64,000 nucleotides of DNA from Octopus sinensis (Eukaryota). Every line of letters starts with the position of its first letter. Position 1 is the first letter of the stretch. The notes below the pieces were generated by a model. It saw only the letters and a program-made list of their open reading frames with translations. It was not told the origin of the DNA and made no database searches. The position numbers and the translations under genes are program-made. The DNA lies in the NCBI RefSeq assembly GCF_006345805.1, contig NC_043006.1:14322001-14386000 (forward strand), given 5' to 3'. Below, piece after piece: positions 38,686 to 50,740 of the stretch.

Positions 38686-39601
38686 TTAACATTTGACAGC
38701 AGGAAAAAAATAATCTTTTATTTCTCAGATAAAAAAAATACTGCTAACAAAAAAACAGCCCCTTTAGATTTCTACCTCCTCACATTACCAAAATATATTC
38801 CAATTATATTTTCACTGTACCTATTTATAACTATGTTGATTACAGCCAGTGGCCAAAGAGGAAGCAAAACCAAGATTTCTTGGTTCCACTAATTCTACAG
38901 TCTCATGTGTTCTTTCCGCTATTATAATTACTTTTTGAGAGGAAATAGCCTGAAATGAGATATTTATTATGTCTGTGTGAGTGTGTGTGAAAATGTGTTG
39001 TTAAGTTCCAGGTCAACTCTGAACAACAAAGTCCATGATCAAAGGCAATCTAGTCGTGGCCACTCCATCTGCTTAAGGGTATTTCTAGGACAACATAATC
39101 CGATGTGTCCTTTTGTATTCGAGATGGTTAGATGTGACTGAAATTGGCTGATTTCATATGCATTTAATTGTTGTTGCATTGAGTGCGATTTGAGGGAAAT
39201 TTAGCTACTGTTTCTTGTTAAGAACTTAGTATTCCAATTAAAGAGTTTCTGGACTAGTTGATGTTTACCAGAATTGAACCGGTCCTTGTGCAATCAATGG
39301 GCAATTATTGGAGGAATTTTAAAAATGAATGTATTATATGTTTTTTTTTATGTCTTATTCTTGAGGCAAGTCTGTAGTTTCACCATAGTCTCTCTTTTAC
39401 TTGTTTCACTCATGTGACTGTGGCCATGCTGGAGCACTGCCTTTAGTCAAGCAAATAGACCCCAGGGCTTATTCTTTGTAAACCTAGTACTTATTCTATC
39501 GGTCTTTTTTTTTTTGCTGAACCGCTAAGTTACGGGGATGTAAACACACTAGCATCGGTTGTCAAGCGATGTTGGGGGCACAAACACACACATACATATA
39601 C

Positions 39602-39649
<48 letters not shown>

Positions 39650-40395
39650 AGTGGCACGTAAAAGTACCATCTGATCGTGGCCGTTGCCAGCCTCGCCTGG
39701 CCCCCGTGCCGGTGGCATGTAAAAAGCACCATCCGTCCGTGGCCGTTTGCCAGCTCCGTCTGGCTCCTGTGAGGGTGGCACGTAAAAAGCACCCACTACA
39801 CTCACGGAGTGGTTGGCATTAGGAAGGGCATCCAGCCGTAGAAACACTGCCAGATCAGACTGGGCCTGATGCAGCCTTCTGGCTTCACAGACCCCAGTTG
39901 AACCGTCCAACCCATGCTAGCATGGAAAGCGGACGCTAAATGATGATGATGATGATGAAACGATGATGATGATGATGATATACACATATATACGACGGGC
40001 TTCTTTCAGTTTCCGTCTACCAAATCCACTCACAAGGCTTTGGTCAGCCCGAGGCTATAGTAGAAGACACTAACTCAAGGTGCCATGCAGTGGGACTGAA
40101 CCCAGAACCATGTGGTTCGTAAGCAAGCTACTTACACAATACAAATATTTTTCCAGTGACCAAGTCTTGTTCTCACTACTGTCAAGTGAAATTATTCTCC
40201 TAGTACAAACTACAACCAAGATATCAAGGGGAATAATTTATCTCTCAACGTATTTATTTATTTAATTCTATCTATCCGATATCTGGAAGGTCACAAAATT
40301 TCTACTCCTCATTCTTGCCAAGCGCTTCAGTCTTCCTCCTCACCCCACCTCTCTTGAACCATATCCTGGTCATTGGAAATATGCTACAGTGTGTC

Positions 40396-40885
40396 CAGTG
40401 CCAGATTTAGTGGAGGCACATGGCCTAGTGGTTAGAGCAGTGGACTCGCGGTCAAGGGATCACGGGTTCGAATCTCAGACCGGGCGATGTGTGTGTTTAT
40501 GAGCGAAACACCTAAGCTCCATGCGGCTCCGGCAGAAGGTAATGGCGAAACTTCTGCTGACTCTTTCGCCACAACTTTCTCTCACTCTTTCCTCCTGCAT
40601 CTTGCAGCTCACCTGCGACGGACCGGTGTCCCGTCCAGGTGGAGAACCTATACGCCTAGGAATTTGGGAAACTGGCCCTTATGAGTCAGGCATGGCTCGA
40701 GAAGGAACAAACAACAACAACAACAGTGCCAGATTTAGGACGAATGAGGCCCTATGCTAGTTATGTTATAAGGTCCCTTACTTAGACAGGGCTCCTTGCA
40801 TGGACGGCCCCGTTGACTAGGGGCCCCTGGTCAATGAGGCCCTGTGCTTAAGCACGCATAAGCACAATGGTAAATCCAGGCACTG
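40396..40885. mobile_element. hAT-type MITE with a family-F SINE (40411-40723) inserted at its left end
   Basis: Perfect 8-bp TSD AGTGTGTC at 40388-40395 and 40886-40893. TIR CAGTGCCAGATTTA. The SINE is flanked by a 15-bp TSD CAGTGCCAGATTTAG and has an (AAC)n tail. Confidence 0.85.
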
Positions 40886-41247
40886 AGTGTGTCCCATTCC
40901 AGTGAAGGACCATCTCTGATTCTCTCCTATCATTCTATTCCACTTACTTACAAAATTACAAACTTGCTAGAAGCAACCCTTAATTACAACCTTCTCTAAC
41001 TCCTTGAGTCCTTTTCTTTACTTCATGGCTACTGGAGACACTTTCTCCTGTATCTGTCACTCATCAGTGGTCCCTTGCCCTTGAGAAATATGGAGAAAGC
41101 AATACTGTTGCATTCACTATCAGCAAAAAATGTCTGACATGTAAATCTCATGGCAAAACTGCCTGCTAAGGCCTCCTTTCACCCTCTCATCATTGCCATT
41201 GGTGGCTTCCCATCAGAGCATATCATTAAGGTATGTGCTGATAGCTA

Positions 41248-41572
41248 GGTCTCTCTCTCTCTCTCTCTCTCTCTCCCTCTCTCTCCCCCTCTCCTTCGCT
41301 CTCTCTCTCTCTCTTCCTCTCTCCCTCCCGCTCTCTTTTTCTCTCCCTCCCTCCTCTCTCCCTCTCTCTCTCCTTCGCTCTCTCTCACTTTCTCTCTTCC
41401 TCCCTCCCTTCCCCCTCTCTCTCCCTTCTTTCTACCTCTGCTTATTTTTTTATCTGTTTATTCAAACCAACCAACCATTCATCTATCCAACCATCCATTC
41501 AGCCAACCAACCAACCAACCAACCATCCAAACATCCCTCAATCAAACCAACCAACCAACCAGCCAGCCAACA
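41248..41572. repeat. (CT)n-rich tract followed by (CCAA)n microsatellite
   Basis: Directly visible in sequence. Confidence 0.95.
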
Positions 41573-41924
41573 TGCTTCACGCCACTTGCCAATTCTGCAC
41601 TGAAACACAATGAAATCTCTATAAATTCCTCCAATGGACTCTTGCCAACACCGTCTCCTTCTACAACACAACAAAAGCAATTGCCATGCAAACCAAGAAA
41701 CATTATCTCGCTCCTCCCCTTACATCATGCAGGAACAGCACCCACTTAGAACCCTCAAGGTCACTAGCTATACGCCCAGTAAAGGTACATGTACATTATG
41801 CAGAAAGAAATTGTGAAAGTGGATCAACATAAGAAAACATACATTTTTAATTGTTCATCAAACATCTGGGTTTTCTCATAACACTTGAGTTGTCAGCCCA
41901 TTTTAATAATAATAATAATAATAA

Positions 41925-42475
41925 AATGCCCTGATGCAGTACCAGGCAGTGGCTCTCATGGCTTCTGATCTTAACTGATTGGAAGTGTTATTATGTACAT
42001 TGTTTTGTCTTGGTATAAAAGATGGACTACAGCAAATATTCTGCTCAATACCACAGATTTGCTTGTCAGTTGTTTGACCGTAACCAGTTGAGCATGTCCC
42101 TTAGTGGCTGACGATATGTGCATCTCTGATCACGAGCAGAAGTAGTGGGGAAGCATCATAGCCATGTGTTGAGAGGGATTCGTTGATGTTTGGATAATTC
42201 ACCTCTGGAAACATGGGTGTTTTGTTTATCATCCTTAAACAACCCTTATTCAGGGATCTTATGAGCAGGATGGGCTACTCGACCACAAGAAAATTCTAAC
42301 TGGGCCCCACCTGCAAGGTCATGTGCTGTTTATCTTGATATGAGATCACCATGTCGCGCACATATGGTTGTGATGCATGTGCCTGGTGTACCCTTATCAG
42401 ACGGGTAGTCATGATGGGTATATTGGGCTTCGTATATTTGTACCCACTTTGATGGCATGCACTGTCTCTCACTCA
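41925..42475. repeat. About 550-bp complex element bounded by (AAT)n, family unassigned
   Basis: Sharp composition change between AAT tracts. No ORF homology recognised. Confidence 0.45.
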
Positions 42476-42715
42476 ATAATAATAATAATAATAATCCTTT
42501 CACAAGGCCTGAAATTTTGTGAAAGTGGATAGTCAATTTGGTTGATCTCTGTTGATACTTCCTGTATTGATCTTGAAAGGATGAAAGGCAAAGTTGACCT
42601 GAGCAGAATTTGAACTCAGAAGAATTGTCACTAAGCATTTTGCCTGATACACTAACGATTCTATCAGTTTGCTGCCTTCATAATAATAATAATCCTTTCT
42701 TCTATAGACAAAATA

Positions 42716-42746
<31 letters not shown>

Positions 42747-42799
42747 TTAATTCTTTTTATTGGCCACAAGGGCTGATAATAATAATAATAATAATAATA

Positions 42800-42965
42800 A
42801 TACAGAAAATTGCACTACTGGGCACTGCACACATCCTACGCAAAACACTTTCCGTAGAATAACCATCAGAGCATCACAACAAAACATAACACATACCCAA
42901 GGCACACAGAGCTGCGCTCAGTAGTGAAGTGAAAGCACGCTATAAAAATAAAACTACTGAATAAT
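42800..42965 (+). mobile_element. R4/Dong-like LINE 3' end inserted in (AAT)n
   Basis: Encodes IQKIALLGTAHILRKTLSVE*, resembling the R4-clade C-terminus. Flanked by AAT repeats on both sides. Confidence 0.65.
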
Positions 42966-43084
42966 AATAATAATAATAATAATGATGATGATAATGGCTT
43001 CAAAGTTTTTGGTACAAGACCAGCAATTTTAGGGGAGGCAACGTGGTCAGTATTGACTCCTAGGAGTCTATAATAATAATAATA

Positions 43085-43830
43085 ATGAAATTATTGTATA
43101 CAGTGCTCAGGTGCACCACAACTTGTCAAAAGTGCATATAAAGCATATGCAGTAATGTACAAATGTCTGGGAAGTGAACAGTGTATGAGTCAGATATATG
43201 CTTGCGTGTGTATGGAGGGGAGAAAGATCAGGTGTAATGTTGGCGAATCTCAGGAAGCATGGAAGTTTTGAAGGATGCAATGCTTCGACAACTAACAACT
43301 GATGCCGGCAGTTTGTTCCATGCTTCAGCAACTCTTAGCATGAAAAAATGTTTCCGAAAGTCATGGGAGCTGTGCTGTTTTCTGACTTTGTAAACATGTC
43401 CACGGGTGTTAGACAGGTGGAGCTTGAAAAGGTACTCAGAATTATTGTTTGTAAGATGGTTAATAATTTTATGGGTGTTTGCCAAGTCAGCTGCCAGACG
43501 TCGGAGTTTCAATGTATCCATGCCTAGGGAAGTAAGGCATTCAGAATATGGCAAATGCCTGATGGAGGGTATTCTCTTGGTTGCATGTCGCTGAACAATT
43601 TCCTGATGATTAATATCCTGGGCAAGATAGGGGTTCCAGATCGGTGATGAAATTCCAGGTGAGGCTGCACCATAGCTATATAAAGCCTCAGATAGATAGC
43701 CAGAGAGTGGCTCACAAAGGACTTGGTAAGTGATGCCAAGACATCCTCAGCCTTCTTGGCAATTTTAGCAATGTGTTTTGTCCAACGCAAATCACTATGT
43801 AACTATCCAACAAATCGGTAAACAACCTTG
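43085..43830 (-). mobile_element. CR1-clade LINE 3' fragment, longest copy; shorter copies at about 14306-14735 (+), 23010-23360 (-), 46540-46995 (+), 49905-50185 (-)
   Basis: VQPHLEF..PYSECLTSLGMDTLKLRRLAADL...TRGH.YKV..FFMLRVAEAWNKLP, shared 3'UTR and (ATT)n tail. Confidence 0.9.
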
Positions 43831-43962
43831 AGCAACTTGAACTATTAACAAACTGAATTTGAAAGAGCTCTGTAATTTAAGGTTAAATTCACAAATTTGC
43901 ATCCAAATATTGATGCAATAACTAATATTCGCCAAACACATATTTCATCAATTATATAAATA

Positions 43963-44363
43963 CTAGCAGTATCACCCAGCGTTGCTCAGGTTTGTAAGGG
44001 AAATAACTATATAAGCATTTTTAGAGATGTAAAGTATAATAGCCATCTCAATATGGCTAACCACAAAGGGGGGGGGCTGTTACTGTAGCTTTTTATGTTC
44101 TGAGATTTAATAATACATTTTTAGAGAGTTACTTCCCTTATATAATAGCAAAAAAATGCATTAAAAATGGGGAAAAAAATGATAGTAAATTTTTTTTTAA
44201 ATTGTAGACTCATCGTAGACGAGCGCTAATACCCAGAAGGGCTCGATATGAATCACGACTATAAGATACCCACTTTTGGTTACACTGCACCGCAAAATGT
44301 GGGAGTAGTTAGGAATCTAAATCGTAGGAGACAGACACACAACCTCACTTTTATATATAAAGA
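43963..44363 (-). mobile_element. Non-autonomous Helitron
   Basis: Minus strand reads A|TC...CTAG|T with a GC hairpin just before CTAG. Internal sequence is shared with the copy at 63598. Confidence 0.75.
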
Positions 44364-44574
44364 TTACATGCGAGGTGTTTAGTTATCAAAGGTTCCATAA
44401 GAAGTTTGCTGACCCCACAGCTTAGAATATGAACTTCAGCAGAGTTTCTCCTGAAGAAATTGGTAGAATCCCTAGTGTTAGATGCTGTTCCAGATCGATG
44501 ATTGTTTAATATATTCAGCTATTGATATTCCTGTCTTGTCTACTCTTTTATAATTACATGTATTATCATTTCAG

Positions 44575-44680
44575 CCAAGCTGTAGTGGTTGATAAAACTA
44601 TGTATATCTCGGGACAGCTTGGTCTTAATCCTACAACCATGGAGTTTCCTTCCAACAATGCTGCTGAACAAGCTGACCAG
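44575..44680 (+). CDS. RIDA: RIDA exon 2 (QAVVVDKTMYISGQLGLNPTTMEFPSNNAAEQADQ)
   Basis: 106 bp, atttcag| and CAG|gtatga. Contains the YISGQ motif. Confidence 0.96.
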
Positions 44681-45526
44681 GTATGATATTCTTTTGTTTC
44701 TACATCTGTTTTCTTATTCTAGCATGGGTTAGATGAATGTATTATTATTATTATTATTATCATCATCATCATCCTCATTGGTGCATTGTTTTACAGCTGG
44801 TTTCCCTTCTTGTCACTAATCCATGTCTGTTTTTCAAGGAAGAGATGTCTTATTTCATACTAACCAACCACATGGTTCCGGGTTCATTCCCACTGCGTGA
44901 CACCTTGGGCAAGTGTCTTCTACTATAGCCTCGGGCCAACCAAAGCCTTGTGAGTGGATTTGGTAGATGGAAACTGAAAGAAGCCTGTCATATATATGTA
45001 TATGTGTGTGTGTATGTGATTGTCCCCCCCCCAACATCGCTTGACAACCGATAGTGGTGTGTTTACGTCTCTGTAACTTAGCGGTTCGGCAAAAAGAGAC
45101 CGATAGAATAAGTGCTAGGCTTCCAAAGAATAAGTCCTGGGGTTGATTTGCTCAACTAAAGGTGGTGCTCCAGCGTGGCTACAGTCAAATAACTGAAACA
45201 AGTAAAAGAGTAATACAAGTTGAATTTTTCAGCCCAAAGTTTACAGTCAAAAAGTTTTAGGTTGATTTCTACATCAAGACAACTTTAGGGAATCAAAAAT
45301 TCCATGTTAAATGCAGAAGGATTTGTAAAGATAGTGATACTGTTTAAATATTTGCACATGTTTACACTATATTTTATGCCGACTTATATGCTGGAAAATA
45401 TGGTACATTCTGATAGATTTATTATTATTTATTATTATTATTATTATTTTAATGTGAATATGCCGATCACTGTTGTTTTACATCATCAGAGATCATGCCC
45501 TGCCTTTAATACAATATCATCTAAAG

Positions 45527-45857
45527 CAGGGATTCTCAACCATTTTTTTCTATGGACCCCTTCGATTACTATTTAATTCTGGTGGACTCCCATAGCCATT
45601 TGATTTTTTTTGTAGAAACTTATTTCAAAATCCCATATTTTGTTTTTCGTATAATTTGTGTAGGTTGAACTATGTAAAATATTAGAGAAAGAAACCTAAC
45701 TGTTTCTTCCAATACATAGATCTAAAGCAAAATTTTTTCAGGAGCCCTTAAAGTACTATTGTAGATCCCCAATTTACTGTTTCATTACGAGGACATCCCC
45801 CCCCCCGATCTTATATGGACCCTCAGTGGCTGTGTAGACCTCGGTTGAGAACCACAG
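45527..45857. mobile_element. hAT (Charlie-like) MITE; partial copies at about 18400-18583 and 33080-33150
   Basis: CAGGGATTCTCAACC ... GGTTGAGAACCACAG with 8-bp TSD ATCTAAAG/ATCTAAAA. Confidence 0.75.
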
Positions 45858-45886
45858 ATCTAAAAGCTGTAATTCATCATGACATA

Positions 45887-46026
45887 TTAGGTTGTCCCAA
45901 AAGTTCGTAGACACTTGCGAAAATTGAATTTTACTTGCCAAGTACTAACAAAGACAACAAAAATTATTCCTCAAAATAAAGACCATTATTTTCCAAGACT
46001 TTCTACGAACTTTTGGGACAACCTTA
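45887..46026. mobile_element. 140-bp mariner-type MITE
   Basis: TA|TTAGGTTGTCCCAAAAGTTCGTAGA ... TCTACGAACTTTTGGGACAACCTTA|TA. Confidence 0.85.
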
Positions 46027-46155
46027 TATTTTGCTTATATTTTATATTTATCATAGCATTTATATTGTATTCTGTAATTATCAATTCTCAATATTAATGA
46101 GAATCCAATGAAAATACTTAAGATTTCAATTTGGCAATTTCACGATTCTTCACAG

Positions 46156-46210
46156 GCTCTCAAAAATATGTCTGCAATTCTCAAAGAGGCTGGGGCTTCT
46201 CTAAGCAATG
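46156..46210 (+). CDS. RIDA: RIDA exon 3 (ALKNMSAILKEAGASLSN-V)
   Basis: 55 bp, cttcacag| and ATG|gtaagt, in frame with neighbouring exons. Confidence 0.95.
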
Positions 46211-47815
46211 GTAAGTGTATTATTTTCCCATTTTTTTTTTTTAATTAGTAAAGGTACATGACCTGGCAGTTAGGGTGTTGCACTCACAGTATTAAGATTG
46301 TGGTTTCAGTTCCTAGACTGGCTGGCATGTTGAGTTCTTGAGTTCTTGAAAAAAGGGTTTCATATAACTTTACACCAGTCCACTCAGCTGTAAAATGACT
46401 CCCAGTAACAGCTGGGAAGTTAACCTTGCAACAGACTAGTCATTTATACATCATGAAAACCAGATTAAGTTCTAGCCTTTGTGAACCTTAGGCACATAAC
46501 TACTAGGCTAAGTCTACTTAATTAGTCCCTTCATCATCGCCTTACTTCCCTGGGCATGGATATATTGAAACTCCAACGTCTGGCAGCTGACTTGACAAAC
46601 ACCCATAAAATTATTAACCATCTTACAAACAATAACTCTCAGCACCTTTTCAAACTACACCTGTCTAACACCCGTGGACATGTTTACAAAGTCAGAAAAC
46701 AGCACAGCTCCCATGACTTTCGGAAACATTTTTTCATGCTAAGAGTTGCTGAAGCATGGAACAAACTGCCAGCATCAGTTGTTAGTTGTCAGAGCACTGC
46801 ATCCTTCAAAACTTCCATGCTTCCTGAGATTCGCCAACACTACACCTGATTTTCTCCCCTCCATACACACACAAGCATGTATCTGACTCATACACTGTTC
46901 ACTTCCCAGACATTTGTACATTACTGCATATGCTTTATACGCACTTTTTGACAAGTTGTGGTGCACCTGAGCACTGTATACAATAATTTCATTATTATTA
47001 TTATTATCATCATCATCATTTAGTGCCTATTTTCCATGCTAACATGGGTAAGACAGTTCGACTGGAGATCTGCACAGGGCGTCAACCTGTTTTGACTTGA
47101 TTTCTACAGCTGGATGTCCTTCCTAATGCTAACCACACCACAGACTGTACTGTGTGCCTTTTATGTGTCACCAGCACAGGTGCCTTCTATGTGCCACTGG
47201 CATGGGTGCCTTTTAGGTGCCACCGGCACATCTGCCTTTTATGTGCTTATGGCATGTGGTACCTTTTACATGTCACCAGCACAGGTAAGGCGACGAGCTG
47301 GCAGAATCGTTAGCACGCCGGGCGAAATGCTTAGCAGTATTTCGTCTGCCGCCATGCTCTGAGTTCAAATTCCGCCGAGGTCGACTTTGCCTTTCATCCT
47401 TTCGAGGTCGATAAATTAAGTACCAGTTGAGTACTGGGGTCGATGTGATCGACTTACCCCTTATCCCAAAATGTCAGGCCTTGTGCCTATAGTAGAAATG
47501 GTCACCAGCACAGTATCTTCCACCTGTCGCCAGCACTAGCCACAACTACAATTAGCTTCACATGTCTTCTCAAGCACAGCAGATCGCATGAAATATCAAT
47601 GTGGATATAAACTATGCAGATTAACAAAACAGTTGTCTTTAAATGCAACCGATCTAACATTGGGATGATAATAACTAATCCTCACTTTACGTAAAATAGT
47701 AGCTGAGCTGAGAATATAAAGGGACGTAACTCTAGTATTTTGTGCTTTACTTATTCCGCAATCCACCATCTTATTTATGTATTAGATCGTTTTTGATTTC
47801 TATTTTATTTATATC

Positions 47816-48217
47816 CAAGCAGTATCGCCCGGGGTTGCTCGGGTTTGTTTTCTTTTCGACCCATTAAAATTGGAATTTTTGAAAAGTAAAAATTTTTCAT
47901 TATGTAGCTTGTTATTCTCTTTAAGTGAACATTTTTCTGGCTGAAATACACCGAAAAATGTCGACCCAGCAGTAAAAAAAATCATAAAAAATAGGGATTT
48001 TCATAAAAAAAAAAAAGCACCTTTTTTAATGTAAATAATTTTTGGTGTTAACATGGTCCAATTTGAATTTTTTTCTTCTACGGAAGGAAGAGCAAGCCTT
48101 CTTTTATCATACTCTCAATTTTGGTCAACTTGCACCGCAGGGTCTCAGAGGAGATAGTGTTAGTTGAAGGCTACCAAACCTGCCATACACAGACAACTTC
48201 AGCTTTATATATATAGA
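47816..48217 (-). mobile_element. Non-autonomous Helitron (same ends, different interior)
   Basis: Terminus CAAGCAGTATCGCCCGGGGTTGCTCGGG and TTTATATATATAGAT end. Confidence 0.65.
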
Positions 48218-48474
48218 TAACCCTAACATCTACTCACTTGCAGAAAATGCATTGTTTCGAGCCTTTGTTATCGAGATGGAGACTTGAAACCTACTCTGGC
48301 CTTAACTACACCACGCCTTCTATAGATGTGTAAATTTTCAGCTTGATCCTAGCACGTCTAGTGCCATTAAATCCTTACCAAAGCCAAAGTGTGCAAGTTT
48401 TTTTCCTCTTTTATATAGGTAGATTATAATGAAAATAATGTGCATTTCATCCAAAACTCTAATTATTATTTCAG

Positions 48475-48543
48475 TTGTGAAAACCACAGTCCTCTTGGCT
48501 GACATTAACGACTTTCAAGCAGTTAATGAAATCTACTCAAAAT
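48475..48543 (+). CDS. RIDA: RIDA exon 4 (VKTTVLLADINDFQAVNEIYSK-Y)
   Basis: 69 bp, atttcag| and AAT|gtaagt. Near-identical to human VVKTTVLLADINDF. Confidence 0.97.
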
Positions 48544-48691
48544 GTAAGTATATCAAAGACTCTTCTACTGTTTTAAACCAGTGGTTATTAACATGGGTGG
48601 TAGCTCTTCTTTCAGGGTATTGTAAGCTGACAAGGAGGTAACAAATGTCAAGGGATGTACAGTTCTATATTTAAGAGATGAGGAATTATGT

Positions 48692-48884
48692 ACATTATTT
48701 ACAATTGACGGATATTTGTCCTCCTCTTTGTTGTTAACTCATTTTGGCTGATATACCCTCCAGCCTTCATCAGGTGTCAAAATTTCCCCAAGACACCTGA
48801 TGAAGGCTGGAAGGTGTATCAGCCGAAACGTTGTGTTAACAATAAACAAGATGAGGACAAATATCCATCAATTGTAAATAATGT
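48692..48884. mobile_element. Penelope-like inverted pseudo-LTR pair forming a hairpin, with a hammerhead motif at 48792-48837 (+)
   Basis: Arms 48692-48778 and 48792-48884. Flanking direct repeat ATGTCAAGGGATGTA at 48645 and 48881. GACAC-CUGAUGA-A-GGCUG..CAGCC-GAAAC-GUU-GUGUU. Confidence 0.65.
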
Positions 48885-50681
48885 CAAGGGATGTATTGGG
48901 TGTTTAGAGAGGCTGTGATTTCTCTTGAAAATAAAATATATAAACCAGGTACAATTCATCATCATCAACAAAATTTAACATCCGTTTTCCATGCCAGCAT
49001 GGGTTGGACAGGAAACTAGCAAGGTCAGGGGCCGCACCTGGTTCCATTGTCTGTTTTTGCTTGGTTTCTACGGTTGGATGCTCTTCCTAACCCCAACCAC
49101 TCCACAGAGTGTCCTGGGTGCTTTTTATGTGGCACCAGCACCAATGCTCTTTTCATGAGACCAGCACCCACACCAATTCTCTTTATGCAGCGCCTTGGTT
49201 TTATGGTTCCAATTCTGTTCCGGTGGGCAGGTCTTCTCAAGTACAGCTATGCACCACATATCTCAGTCTCTTGTCATCTCCTTTGTAAGGTTCAGCATTT
49301 TGAGACTGACCTTCAATACTTCATCCCATGTCTTCCTGGGTCTCCCTCTTTCACAACTTCCCTCTACATTTTAATCAGATTTACAGAAAAAATGTCTTTA
49401 TCTGGATTAGAATATGAGTAGGACATTGTGTTATCAATGAGCAGGAACATGACTGATGATGTACCTAGGTCAATTATTTCATTATATAAAGTACAAACAT
49501 GGTTGTATGATTAAGGAGTTTGCTTCTCAACAGTTTGACTTTGTGTTCAATTCCACTGTGTGACACCTTGTCTTCTACTATAGCTCTAGGCCCACCGAAG
49601 CTTTGTAAGTGGATTTCATAGATGGAAACTGAACGAAGTGCATCATGTATGTATCTGTGTTTATGTCTCCCTGTCTTGACATTACATGGAAACCAGTGTT
49701 ACTATCATACAAACAGTGTAATTCTTTTCCAATATTCTATGAAAACATCTCTAGTCATGGAAATATTACCTTACTTGAAACGAGTTGAGGATTGGTAGCA
49801 AGAAGAGCATCCAGCCATAGAAAATCTGCATCAATGAATTCTATCTGACTCATGCAAGCAAGGATAAGTAGACAAGAAAATATTGATGATAATAATAATA
49901 ATAATAATAATGAAATTATTGTATACAGTGCTCAGGTGCACCACAACTTGTCAAAAGTGCATATAAAGTATATGCAGTAATGTACAAATGTCTGGGAAGT
50001 GAACAGTGTATGAGTCAGATACATGCTTGCGTGTGTATGGAGGGGAGAAAATCAGGTGTAGTGTTGGCGAATCTCGGGAAGCATGGAAGTTTTGAAGGAT
50101 GCAGTGCTCCAACAACTAACAACTGATGCCGGCAGTTTGTTCCATGCTTCAGCAACTCTTAGTGTAAAAAAAATGCTTCCGAAAGTCAAGATAATGAAGA
50201 TGAGGGCTGCAAAGACAACAACACACTTACTTTCTTTAATAATTTCATAAAAATTTAATATAAAAGATATTTGTTCCATGCAGATATCTAAAAAGAACAT
50301 ACTATTTGTTGGAATACTATAAGAAAATATAGATTGTAAGGCACAGTGCAAAATTAACATCTGTTTGATTAACATAATTTGTTGGGGTTTTTTCTTGGGG
50401 GTACAAACATGGGAAAGGGTTACTTGTAAAATGCCATTGAATGAGAGAGAGAGAGCACTGAACTGCAGGAAGTTGAGAACTACCGTTTTAGACTATAGCA
50501 GCCAAAAGAGTCATCAAGTTATGTCTCAGTTATTGTGTTGTGTTACGTTACTGCTCCAATACATAATTCTTGCTACTTTAGCAGGGTTTGTGGGGACGAG
50601 ATCCCTTTCTACAGGGGTTGGGGAAAATGTTGGGAGGTGAATAAGAGATACTACAATACTGTTATGAAATTTCTGTTTTAG

Positions 50682-50740
50682 ATTTTGCTGGAACTGACTT
50701 TCCTGCCAGAGCAGCTTATCAAGTTGGTAATTTACCAAAG
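50682..50740 (+). CDS. RIDA: RIDA exon 5 (FAGTDFPARAAYQVGNLPK)
   Basis: 59 bp, gttttag| and AAG|gtaaat. Contains the catalytic Arg motif PARAA. Confidence 0.96.

Noticed and set aside
38335-38892. 185-aa ORF, and similar ORFs over (TA)n, (CT)n and (CAT)n tracts
   Set aside because: Low-complexity translation artefacts.
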